The notes under the pieces are model-generated. The model saw only the letters and a list, made by a program, of their open reading frames with translations, was not told the origin of the DNA and made no database searches. Source: Podarcis pityusensis (Eukaryota). From it: 64,000 nucleotides of DNA. This document shows positions 36,073 through 48,300 of the stretch, piece by piece. The translations under genes were made by a program, and so were the position numbers. The stretch lies in assembly GCA_964106645.2 (NCBI GenBank), contig OZ067044.1; one strand, written 5' to 3'. Every line of letters begins with the position of its first letter. Position 1 is the stretch's first letter.

Positions 36073-37007
36073 TAATGCTACCTCTTTAAAGAGAGTATTT
36101 AAATTGGGGTTGCTGGTTTGCCGCTCCTTGCCGCTTTTCTGTCATGCGGGTGCGTTTTTCAGCTCCTGAATACTTTGCCATTTCTGTTCCTGAACATGAG
36201 ACAGAGCCAATGAATCCTTTAAGGCATTTGCTCAAAATTAGTGTTAAAAAGGCACAGCAAATTGCTTTGATTAGTCATAGAATAATAGGGACAAAGGAGG
36301 AAATTGGGGTGAATAATCTCTTGATATGTCCCCATTATACTGTTTGAAGATTGACAGTTTTCATTTATCATAGTTGTGCACAAACTATACACATTTTGAC
36401 ACCCAAATTTAATTTGATGAACAATTCTCAGTGGCCCCAATAAATTCTCTGCATCTCACTTTATTCACTCAGCAGTTGCAAGCACCAGGGCTTCTGATTC
36501 AGTGCTGTGTTAAGGTTGGTCTCAGCCCTGCATTGTAAAGCTTGAGCAAGCACTGGCACATTACTAAAGCAGCAGCCTCAACACTGTGTGCTAGACAGCT
36601 TTAATGAAGGCTTTGGATATCTGAAGAACTAATGACTCCCCTAGAACATGCAATTGTTGTACTTAGAAATGCAGTATTTACATCAGTCTGTCTTTGTGTA
36701 ACTGTTGTTTTTAAAAGCTTCTCTACCATGTCTGCCTCAGAAAGTATCAAAAACAGCTCACATCATAATAAAAATGCGCAGACAATGGCAAAACAAATAG
36801 GAACTTAGACAGCTGCTTGTTACCAGGGCCATTGGTTTCATTTAATATTTGTATGACACTTTTCCAGCAACAAAGTTTAGCTCAAAGCAGTTCATAACAA
36901 TAACAAACCATTAACAAATGAAAGCAACAAAATAATATCAAAAAAGACACAAAAGCATATCATGGCCAGCAATAATAATAATAAACCTGTTAGCACATTT
37001 CCAAATA

Positions 37008-37118
37008 GTATGGTTTCAAATTGGATGGGAGACCGCGTGTTGAGATTCTTGCATTGCAGGGGGTTGGACTAGATGACCCTCAGGGTCCCTTCAACCTCTG
37101 CAGTTCTATGATTCTATG
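37008..37118 (+). mobile_element. 5'-truncated SINE with 5S-like segment and CR1-type tail
   Basis: ttggatgggagaccgc (identical to a 5S rRNA segment) joined to gattcttgcattgcagggggttggactagatgaccctcagggtcccttcaac...ttctatgattctatg. Confidence 0.7.
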
Positions 37119-37290
37119 GCTCATTGTGCAGAAACACACAATTCAGTAAAAAAATGATGAGGTCTAATACAAGCCCTTTCTAATTGAATAATAACAAAAA
37201 TGCCTATTAAGCACCAGCCAGTTGACATAATCCCCCCGTAAAGAGGCAGCTTCTTTTGAAGTTTCAGGCACTGACCTAAATGGGCATAAT

Positions 37291-37446
37291 GTCCATCTAG
37301 CTTAGTATTGTCTACACTGGCTGACAGCAGCTCTCCAGGGTTTCAGACAGTGGATATTTCCAGCCTTACCTAGACATGTCAGGCATCAAACCTATGAGCT
37401 TTTGGGCGGGAAATATGTGCCCTACTGCTGAGCTATGGCCTCTCCC
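37291..37446 (-). mobile_element. Squam3-type tRNA-derived SINE (3' end probably displaced to ~36797-36840)
   Basis: Reverse complement gggagaggccatagctcagcagtagggcac...ctgtctgaaaccctggagagctgctgtcagccagtgtagacaatactaagctagatggac. Confidence 0.82.
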
Positions 37447-38274
37447 TGGAATAAAATATTGATAAAATAAATAAAAGTACAAAAAAGAGCCTGATTAGCC
37501 CCCATTCTTTCTCACCATCCTTTATTGAGGACGCCAAGTCTGCCTTGCGTTCCTTTTAACCTGGTCCAACAAACCAGAAAGCCAAAAGACAAATATAGCT
37601 AAAATTAGATGAAGGGATCAAATTACAATAAAAGTGCAAATGTAAGATTGATTAGAAAATCAAGCCAATTTTCAAAAACTCATGGGCTTACATTTCACAT
37701 AAAAATGGCAGGGGATGTTTCTGAAAGAAAAGAGGGCAGCAAGAGCGTGTGTGTTATGGTGGAGTTTAGTTATACAATGCCTGTGGCAAGCATGATGTAT
37801 GGCTGCATTCCTATTAATGATGCATGGCTGCATATCTAAGAATGAGAGAGAAAAGTTCTAAGGAAGAATGGAAATCCAGCAGATTGTCACTACATCAGTG
37901 GCATTTGTGATTGAAATTTTATGTTTCCCATTTGAAATATCTTTCAATAACAATCAGAGCTTTCCCTAAATGTGTTTTGTTAGTTGATAATATTATTGGA
38001 TGCCGTTTTTATACCTCTGTTATTTAGCTGAACATGTTTTAATATCTTGGATTGGGATTTCCTCATGTTCTGATTTTCTTGCACGAACAAAACTTCCCAA
38101 GACATATGCCCTGTGTTAATTTTCTGTGACCATTTCCTCTCATTGCTTTTTTCAGGAAAGGAAGAGGCAAACTGTCTTTCCTTGTTTGGAAAACTCTGTT
38201 CATTTGCAGTACACACAACAAAGCAATTACTAGAGTAATGAAATGGCCTATGCTGCTAGGTCAAATTGAAGGCT

Positions 38275-38769
38275 TGTTATTGTTGTTGTTCAGTCATTTA
38301 GTCGTGTCTGACTCTTTGTGACCCCATGGACACCAGGCACTCCTGTCTTCCACTGCCTCCCGCAGTTTGGTCAAACTCATGATGGTAGCTTCAAGAACAC
38401 TGTCCAACCATCTCGTCCTCTGTCATCCCCTTCTCCTTGTGCCCTCCATCTTTCCCAACATCAGGGTCTTTTCCAGGGAGTCTTCTCTTTCCATGAGGTG
38501 GCCAAAGTATTGGAGCCTCAGCTTCAGTATCTGTCCTTCCAGTGAGCACTCAGGGCTGATTTCCTTAAGAATGGATAGGTATGATCTTCTTGCAGTCCAT
38601 GGGACTCTCAAGAGTCTCCTCCAGCACCATAACTCAAAAGCATCAATTCTTCGGCAATCAGCCTTCTTTATGGTCCAGCTCTCACTTCCATACATCACTA
38701 CTGGGAAAACCATAGCTTTAACTATACGGGCCTTTGCTGGCAAAGTGATGTCTCTGCTTTTTAGGATGC
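38275..38769 (-). mobile_element. RTE-BovB LINE, 5'-truncated 3' fragment
   Basis: ORF 38423-38743(-) encodes IVKAMVFPVVMYGSESWTIKKADCRRIDAFELWCWRRLLRVPWTARRS...LEKTLMLGK, the BovB RT C-terminus; (CAA)n tail; TSD TGAAGGCT at 38267-38274 and 38770-38777. Confidence 0.95.
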
Positions 38770-40282
38770 TGAAGGCTAGTGTGCCTATTTATGAGCAAAT
38801 TCATTGGCAGGGACTGAATGGGGAAGTGGAACCAGGTGTCCTTCTTGGAGAGCATTGCAAGATAGTAGCAGACACTTGGGAGTCACATTGTTGCTAGATA
38901 GGTAAGACATGGTGTCAGCAGCGCTCTTCTACCCTCAGTTATTCCCTGGATATATCCAAGAGCAGATGAAGATACTCCAAACACAAACTAATGCAGTTTT
39001 TGTTATGGGCTGTTTCACTTGTGCAATATCTTCTGTGTACCCTGTTACAGTGCACCTATTTAGCACTTACGTCATAATGCTCAGCCTTTGGTCATCTTGT
39101 AGCTTCATTTCTTTCTGATTTTCCCAGCTTTCTGTGTTCCTTAACAGAATCTCTGCATGCTTTCTAGCACATGCAAATAAAAGTCACCTTTACACCTCAA
39201 AAACTCTAAAGTTCAAGATATTCTTTAAAAATTGCTCTTCGTGAAATCAGAAAACTGCCCATTTTCTGTGGATAGATTTGACATTTTAGTATTCCAGGTG
39301 TGGAATACCAACGCAGAATAGGGTGGTACAGAATAGAGTGATATGTGTACAGAGATTTAACACATCTTGGTAATTACAGTTGTTTCTTCCTTATAATACC
39401 ATATCTGAAATCCCTGTAGGGACTCCTCTACATAAAGGGAATCCTGATTGGCTGAGGATTTCTCTTTATATGGAGAAGTCCTATACATGTTCACCCTACA
39501 TGCATAGGGGCTGTTCTCACTGAAGCTGAGCATACACCACCAGGATCATGGCTTACTGGCATGATCTCACTCAACTCTCATGTGTTCAGTGAACATGTAA
39601 TGGGACTAATGTAGAATAAGGCTTCATACAGACCAAACGAATGAAACACTTATCTGCTGCTGTCTAGTTTTACCTTAAAAGATTGTGGCCAGGATCATTG
39701 TGGAGAAATGACCAAGAGTGAGTCAAAGCCAGTGAACAAATCTAGTACAGTATAATGTAAGAAAATGAGTCAGTGATTCAGTACTGGGAAGCTGAAAGGA
39801 TTGATGCAAGCAAGACAGGGTCAAAACTAGGTGATATCCTAGCTGCAAATGGGCTGATAAAGCTAAGCAAGAAAAATCCGCATATAGAGGAGTATATCAG
39901 GAGTAGTAGTTAGTAGTAGTATAACAACTATATTTTGCTGTTTCCTGTTGAGGAATTTCCAGCATAATGTAAATACCATAGCAGCCACCTGGGATTGCTA
40001 TCTTTTTCTGGCAGGGCTCTTGAGCCTTTAATAGCCGCATGACAGGGAAAAATTGTACCAGAGAAACATTTCTGAGCATGGAAGTGCAATGAAGCGGAAA
40101 TTGTCACCTGTTGAATTTCTGCTTGTCATACTGCTGTTAAAGGAAGGAATTCCTGCCATAAATAAACTTGGGAACCATATTCTTTTGAGTAGCAAACTGC
40201 ACAGGATGCAGGATTGGAAATACATTATGTATGGGGTAGCATTTTTGTAAGTCATCACTATCTCACTTTTTAAAAAATCCAG

Positions 40283-40439
40283 AAGGATAGCATGCCAATC
40301 TCTTGCAGTAAAAACAATCAATGTGTCTTGTGGCACCTTAAATTTATGTTGTTAAATGCATTATAACATACATTTTCGAGGACCCAAACCCAAGTTGTTA
40401 GATGTGTGAAGTGAATTCTTAATAGGCAGGTATATACAG
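40283..40439. mobile_element. Possible Penelope-like terminal fragment interrupted by the MITE at 40442
   Basis: gcagtaaaaacaatcaatgtgtcttgtggcaccttaaa...ttttcgaggac...agatgtgtgaagtg resembles reptile Penelope termini (from memory). Confidence 0.45.
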
Positions 40440-40441
40440 TA

Positions 40442-40683
40442 CAGTGGTACCTCGGGTTACATACGCTTCAGGTTACATACGCTTCAGGTTACACACTCCG
40501 CTAACCCAGAAATAGTGCTTCAGGTTAAGAGCTTAGCTTCAGGATAAGAACAGAAATCGTGCTCCAGTGGTGCAGCAGCAGCGGGAGGCCCCATTAGCTA
40601 AAGTGGTGCTTCAGGTTAAGAACAGTTTCAGGTTAAGTACAGACCTCCGGAACGAATTAAGTACTTAACCTGAGGTACCACTG
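40442..40683. mobile_element. Tc1/mariner-Tigger-like MITE, copy 3 (242 bp)
   Basis: Same TIRs and body as 35588-35829; TA on both sides. Confidence 0.93.
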
Positions 40684-41431
40684 TAAAGGAGAAAATTGTA
40701 AGGTGGGAGCTGAATGGTAATGAAATGCAGTCATTACAATCAGTGAGAATCAGAGTTTAAATCTATGTTAAATAGGCACAAAATTGGTGATAATTGCTAA
40801 AATTATTATATAACACTTCTAGGGGGATAGGGAACTATTTGCAAGAAACTGTCACAGATAGTGTGCACGGGATTATTTTATATTTGTGTTCGATATTTAT
40901 TGGTATTTTCACATAGCTATTTATTTATTCATAGTTATATATAAACTTCTTTGAGGTTTTTGCGATAAAATATATATGAATCTTGAAAAAAATAAATTTA
41001 CTTAATAAAACAGATGACTCTTTTATAGCAAGGTGTTTCAGTTTCTGCCTTCTTCTACTGCTCTGGTGTGAATCAAAATCATGCTATAGCCAAGGTGGCA
41101 GTTACAGAATACTGAAGATGGAATTCTCAGAAGCTCTGATGTCAGATATTATCCTCCAGGTGTTAAGGTGTCAAGTCTATGGGCGCATAAGTTTTCTCTT
41201 GTTTCCAATATCAGATGCATCTGGAGCAACAAAGAAAATTACCAAAGAAGGACCAATGAACTTAAAGTACATTGCTGTACTGAAGACATCCTCCACATGT
41301 ACCGGTAATTGATTGGTGCAACACATCCATGTAATCTGGGGAAACTCTAATCCATGAAAGTGAGGAGTCAATCAACAAAGTAAAGCATATTCAGTTTTTG
41401 GTAGATTTCCATTCAGCATCTGGTAATCAGA

Positions 41432-41704
41432 GAGTGCTCACTGGAAGGACAGATCCTGAAGCTGAGGCTCCAATACTTTGGCCTCCTAATGAGAAGAGAA
41501 GGCTCCCTGGAAAAGACCCTGATGTTGGGAAAGATTGAGGGCACAAGTAGAAGGGGACAACAGAGGATGAGATGGTTGGACAGTGTTCTCGAAGCTACAA
41601 ACGTGAGTTTGACCAAGCTGCGGGAGGCAGTGGAAGACAGGAGTGCCTGGCGTGCTCTGGCCCATGGGGTCATGAAGAGTCGGACATGACTAAACAACAG
41701 CAAC
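41432..41704 (+). mobile_element. RTE-BovB LINE 3' fragment
   Basis: ORF 41489-41689 ...SLEKTLMLGKIEGTSRRGQQRMRWLDSV...KLREAVEDRSAWRALAHGVMKSRT; caacagcaac tail; candidate TSD CAGAGA at 41428-41433 and 41705-41710. Confidence 0.93.
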
Positions 41705-42946
41705 CAGAGACAGATACCCAGTTTTAGCAAATTCTGAATGTTTTGCCAGACCAAAAACCAAGTCTATTGATTTAGCATTTCACCAGCCTCCAAATCTACA
41801 CAGGCTATTAGAGCTGTACTTAAGCTACCATTCAGTAATCCTGTCTCACATCCTGTTGAATCCAAATACTGTACCACCTGCTTCTATCTCATGAACAGTT
41901 GCTTTCAAAAGCACTATGGTGGCAGAAGCTCCTACAGTGTGGAGAACCTATATTGTTGTGTGGTAAACTAAACATGTTTTAACAATTTAAACACTTATTG
42001 GGTTGTAAATGGCTAACTGTCAGGAAGTATTGTCTCTAACTGCTGGCTAGAAGCAGAGAGAATATACAAAATTATACAAGGTCGGTTAGTCAATTGACAT
42101 TTAAACTGTCACAGCTGCTTCCTATTGCTGGCTGCGTTTCACCTTTTATGCTAACAGCAGTGGCATTCAGAACTGATTGGTTTATGATTGGTCAGTTAGT
42201 GGATATTGCATTCAAATCTCTTTGTCCTTATTTATAGGCAAATGGGCTTTGTAATTCCATCAGAAACAAATTGATTGGCTTGAGGATCATGACCAAAGAA
42301 AGTATAAGATTAGGTTTAGCTCTGTTTGGACAAGTTTTCGTAGGTTGAAGAGGATTGTCAAGGGTCTAAAAAGTGGCCCTGGAGACAGAAGGAAGCAGAG
42401 AGAGAGAGCAAGAAGCAGAGTATGGCAACTGATGAAGAATATGTACCTACCTAGAAGCACAAATCATTTGACATGAGAGCTAAGAAGGTCTGCAACAGGG
42501 AGTGGGGTGCTCCAGCAGCTCCTTGGGGAGAGCTGAGGCTAGAATGACAATGGAGGGAAGATTGGCTCCTCAAAGAGATTTTAAATAACTGCATAGGCTT
42601 GTTGGCATAAAAAAGTATTCAAGAGATCCTTGAAAGTCAAAAAGTGAGGATGCTTGCTGAATCGCTGCTGGAAGAGTGTCCCACAGTAACACTAAATGCC
42701 TGACTTCTGGTTGAGGCCAGTTGAGCCTCTGTAGCATGGAGCACAACTATGAGAAAACAGCTTTCAAACTTTACAGAAAAAAAATGTGGCGAACCCATTG
42801 TGGAACTACAGAGAGACAGCCACAAAGCAGCCATGAAACAATAAACAGAAGCATTTATTTTACCAGGACTGAAGTATGGAGTAGGAAACTATATTTTGGA
42901 CTGCCAGTGGAATCATGGACTGTTTCTCATTCAGTTTGGATTTGGG

Positions 42947-43093
42947 CAGTGGCGTAGCGTGGGTTGTCAGCACCCAGGGCAAGGCAAGTAATTTGCGCCC
43001 CCTAACCCATGGATTTGCGCCCCCTAACCCTAACCCCCAGGTGTTGCGCCCGGTGCGGCCGGCCCCCCCTGCACCCCCCACGCTACGCCACTG
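42947..43093. mobile_element. Young 147-bp hAT MITE
   Basis: Perfect 17-bp TIRs CAGTGGCGTAGCGTGGG / CCCACGCTACGCCACTG; perfect 8-bp TSD GATTTGGG at 42939-42946 and 43094-43101; CpGs intact. Confidence 0.95.
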
Positions 43094-45007
43094 GATTTGG
43101 GGAATAGAGACAAGAAAACACAAGGCACATTTTGTGCCAAATCTGTCACAATCAGTGAGAGTTGTAGGAACTCAGCACTTGTCAGGATTGGCACCAAATG
43201 CATTTGTTTTCTGTACACCACATTTGATTTCTTTCCTTCGAACTGGATACACAAACTAAAGTTAACTGCTGGAGAGAAAACTAGCTATGCTATTCATGTT
43301 ACAATTCACTTCTTTGTTTGTGGTTGGCTGCAAATTCTGATTAATATAATAATTCAAAGCATCTTGAGGTGGGGCACAGAAGGGCAGGCAGCTATGAACA
43401 CCATCTAGTGACTCCATCTAGAATTGTAAAGGATGAGTATGTGACTGGTTTTTAAAAAGAGACAGATACTGCAGTCATCATTGCTAACTTGACAGACTGA
43501 AGTTGCAATATTATACCCACATACCTGGTAGTAAGTCCCATTGAACACAGGAAACCTTACAAGTATTTATTTCTTTATATTAATTTGTCACTTTTTCACA
43601 AAATTCTCTCAAAGGGACTTACAAAGTATAAAAAAAATTAAAAATTTATAGTAGATAGGTATTGAATTGGTTGATACAGTTTTTAAAGAACCCTGTACAG
43701 TATGTCTGTCTCCATTAGAACTTAACACCTATGTGTAACATTACTGTTGAATTGCTCCAAGTGATTTCTGTCTCTGTGACTGTATCTCTGGCAAAGCAGA
43801 CCTCACAAGCATTTTAAAAATCAAAGTAGATTTTCAGTTCATCCAGTAACACAAAAGTATTCATTGTCCACTAATCTTCATTTGGTGCTCTTCCATCTGA
43901 AGCACTTCTCTCCAACCCAGATATTTGTGACCAGAAATCTACTGTGTTTTGGGTAGTTAGTAATTCATTACAAATAATGAATGTGTTTGCATTCAAAGTG
44001 AACATCTCCCAGACAGCTGTTATGCTGAAATTTATTGGCAAGTGCAAATTTTTGAATAATTATGAGCAAATTTGAGGAAGGAGTTATAGAATTATTTTAA
44101 AACAGTGGAAGGCTTTTTTAGTGCCTACACAGCCTCTCCTGGTGATACACTGCTGGCTTAGAGCTGCCTCAAACTTTATGTGTGGTTTAGGTTTGCTGCG
44201 GTAACCTTGTATGATGTGAAGGAAAGATGGGCACCCATAAACATTTGAGATACTGGTCCTGGCTTGTGCCCACTGCCCACTATTTGTTTAGAAATATATA
44301 CCTGCCATTCAGGCCTATGGAACCTGTTGTGTTTTCAGGATGTTTTCTGGGACTCGTGTGTTTACTGGTTGGTGGAAACAGATGCGATGAAAGGCAGAAC
44401 TGGAAGTGAATGGGTGTGCACAGTGAGAGAGAAGATATCACTCATTCTCTGTCAGGAAAGGGGGAAGTCTCTCTTTGCTTTTGCCTTGCCTGATTTTGGC
44501 AAGATAAATCCTTTCTGAGTCTTCCCAGACATGTTGCTGATGATGCACAACCAAATACTTGTACAAGTTCAATCCAAACAATCTACATACTAGAATGCAG
44601 AAACACAGATACTGGAGGAAACAAACTCCCCGCACCCTGCTGAGAATAGGGTTCTGCTCCACAAATTAAGTGGACCAGATTTCTTTTGAAATTTTAAAGG
44701 AGTGTTCTGTACTACAACTCTGCTTTCTTATCATCTTGGGACCTTAACATCTGGGGGAGAAGGTAGGCCAGAAGAGAAGCTGTTGGTTTGTGCATGTCCT
44801 CTCCGATATGTCTATGTAGGTGCAGTTTATTTCTAGGACCTTGGGTCTTGCACATGTTTTTCAGATGTCAATTTTTTCCACTTATTTATTGGTGTTTTCT
44901 CCTTTCATTTAACTCCACTAGTTTGTTTAATAAAGCAGAGAGTTCTTGCAGAGAGCTTTATAAACACATGTTATTAGATTTTTAAACCTCTTTTGAAAGT
45001 GCCTCTA

Positions 45008-45323
45008 NNNNNNNNNNNNNNNNNNNNNNNNNNNNNNNNNNNNNNNNNNNNNNNNNNNNNNNNNNNNNNNNNNNNNNNNNNNNNNNNNNNNNNNNNNNNN
45101 NNNNNNNNNNNNNNNNNNNNNNNNNNNNNNNNNNNNNNNNNNNNNNNNNNNNNNNGTCTNNNNNNNNNNNNNNNNNNNNNNNNNNNNNNNNNNNNNNNNN
45201 NNNNNNNNNNNNNNNNNNNNNNNNNNNNNNNNNNNNNNNNNNNNNNNNNNNNNNNNNNNNNNNNNNNNNNNNNNNNNNNNNNNNNNNNNNNNNNNNNNNN
45301 NNNNNNNNNNNNNNNNNNNNNNN
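45008..45323. other. N-tract containing a 4-nt island (gtct, 45156-45159)
   Basis: Directly visible. Confidence 0.95.
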
Positions 45324-48300
45324 GTGGCGTACAAACTTCTTTTCCAATACCTTTTTTGGAGGGGAAGAGAGGTACTCACCTGAGATGAAATGAAATGTAA
45401 AGATGAGGGAATCTGAGACTCATATTAAAATAAATCAGCAAAGCAGAGGACAGTGTGCAATTAATAAGAGCAGCTGTCTGCATCAGTGGACTACACATTG
45501 GCCCATGCTTTGCATTATTTACACCCATGAATTCTTAGTGAATGTAATAAGTTGGTCTAAAAGGCATCCTGGGGCAGGGGGGATGAGGGGCAATGTAAAA
45601 AGTGTAGTTGCTGCCTTCAGAATGCAGAAATGTGTCATATCATATAGAAAGTTATTGTAGGTGTGCCCAAGGGCTCACATGTGCCTAATGGAACCTTTAA
45701 ATTTTGGGGGACGGTGGCAGCTTCTGTCTGAAAAATACATACTCCCAACAGAGCCAGTAATGTAGTTCTCTGAATTGTCACATGCTCTTTTATAAGTTAC
45801 ATTTTGGAACCAGAGCATTGTTGTGTTTTTAACCTGAGTGACATTTTAGAACTTTTATTTCTGCTTATTCCATTGCAACTTTCACTTGTGTCATTGGAGT
45901 GATCATAATACCGGTAATTTTACAAGTCGGATATTCTACCATTTTTACACATGGCATCAAACAAACGGAGTACTATTGGCCATATATTGTGGCCACTTAG
46001 CTCTGAAAGCCGTGTTTAAAGAAGTTTTGCTGCCTTAGTACATTACATGCTAAGAAGCATGCCCAACGGCAAGGAAATCACTTCTGCATGATTCAGATGC
46101 ATTCTGCATGGGGTGCGCATGCGACCTGCTTTAATCCAACCAGGAAGTGCTTATTTGAAGAGCAGTATAAATAAAATAACATAAGAATATGGGTAGGGGT
46201 GGTCACATGAATATTTCACATAGAACTGGCAACCTGTGGGAAAACAAACAATTATTCACGTGACCACCCTGCCCAACTTCTATAATTTGGCATCACTGTA
46301 CTATGAAGTGGTTCCCCCATGCTTCTGGGTATGCAATTGAAAGGTGCTGCGATGTAACAGGAAAGGAGCCTCAGATCCGTTCTTAGTATCTTTGGAGTAA
46401 ATATGAAGGGTCTCCAGATCAATTTTGAGTGAGTATTTTGTCATGAGTTTAAAAAGAGGCAGAACTTGCTTTTCATGATTTCATGTGATCTGAAGAAGGA
46501 TTCCACAACTTGTGAGGCAGAAAACAAGCACAGATCACCACCTGTGTATTGTGGCCTTGTTTCTAGTGGGCTGCTCACAAGTTGCTCAGGCCTCCTCTTA
46601 AGGTAGAGGGTTTTAGTAATGATGGAGTGATGGCATTACATTTAACTTGCAGAAGAAAGCTTACCTGTGGGCTCAAATCTCAGACTTGCCCCTGAGTTAT
46701 AAATTAACATACTGACTGTTGTGAACTAATATGAATATAAATCTACACATGACATAAAGCCATTCTACCTATCAATACATTTTCCAAAGCTATAGTTCTT
46801 AAGCTTCATCTTCCAAAATGTCTCATTGACTTACGTGGAACAACTGTGTAAGTAATTTGAAAATTAACAGTGTCTATGTCTGGCTGCTTAATGGCTGTAT
46901 AAGATCTACCAGCAATAAGTAACATTAATTAATGCATTTTCACTAGCCTAGCTGCCTAACAATTGCTTTTGCTTAGGCAGCTGTACAACCACAGACTATG
47001 AAAATGATGTTTGACCTTTACTGGAAGCTAAATTTGCACCTTGCTTATTCACCATTGCATAGGCAAAATAAATAAAATAAAATAAAATAAAAATCAGTAA
47101 GAAGCTTAAATGAGACTACTTGATCTTTAAGAAAATGTGTCTTCAACAAGAAAGCTGCACATATTTCTTATTGTTATTTGCATATGCTATACGGCTTCGA
47201 GTGCATTGAGAAAAATAAAAGATAATAAAACAAATGAAATGAGAGATATATCACCCAAAATAATCCAAGTGTGAGATAGGCTGCCTCTTTTTTTGGCACT
47301 GGCAAAAGAGCACAAAGTAAAAGCTGGCCCTGAGTCATATTGATTTCCCACTGCACTGGTTTCCTAAGTGCTCTGTTGATCCGTTTCAAGCAATAAGTTC
47401 CCTGCCTGTACATGCACATCACCTCCCCATTTGTCCTCACCTAGATTTAAGGTGCCCATATGATGAGCTGAACAAGGACATTATTTTTCCTACTGGTGAC
47501 ACCGGGCCAGAACTACTGCATGTAGTATGATAGCTAAACCTGTGTAAGTATGCATTTCAACATACGATTTTTGATAGTGTTGCATTCCACAGAGCAATAC
47601 ATATTATGGCATTAAAATTGCATATTTTTGTTTTACAGCTCTAGCCTTGGGAAGGGGAGGGGGATGAAACAGGAAAAAAAGATTTCCTGCTTGCCTCTCC
47701 CCTCCCATCCCCTCAAAATAATCCCATCCTCAAAAAAAAAAAAAAAAAAAAAAAGGATGTTGCAACTATGGTAAAACAGTTTTGATCTTTCAACAAAGGG
47801 CTCCCTGATTAGATGGATGGAAAATGTCTGATTGTGCTGCTAATGACATTGTACAGGAAATTAAGCGTATACATTTGGAGAAGGCATTAAATCAGCAGGA
47901 CCTTAATTTAAAAACTTAAAACTGTATGGAAATGCTGCTTGCTCATTGCTGTGTAAGAGAAAGCTGCTGAATACTTTGACTCTTCTTATGGAAATGTTGC
48001 CAACAGAACTAAGCTTGTGGAGGGTGTTTTCTTCGTTTTTTTTGCAGTGCTGCTTTTATTTAATCTTCTTGCTATTTACATGGTACTTGCAGGACACAGC
48101 TGACAATTGCAGGTTTAGCCATGTCTCTTTCATTTCTTAAAAAGTTGCAAACCTGCTACAAAGTATATTATTCGCCCCTTCAACTACAGCATACCTGGGG
48201 TCTTGAAGACTACTCAGCCCACAGGTTGTGCAATAGCTGAGGACACAACTGTGACAGGCTTGTGAAGTCGCATTCGGCGCCCCCTCAGGAACTGCAAGCC

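Noticed and set aside
38367-38897. 176-aa + strand ORF (also 41413-41754 on the - strand)
   Set aside because: Antisense reading of BovB fragments
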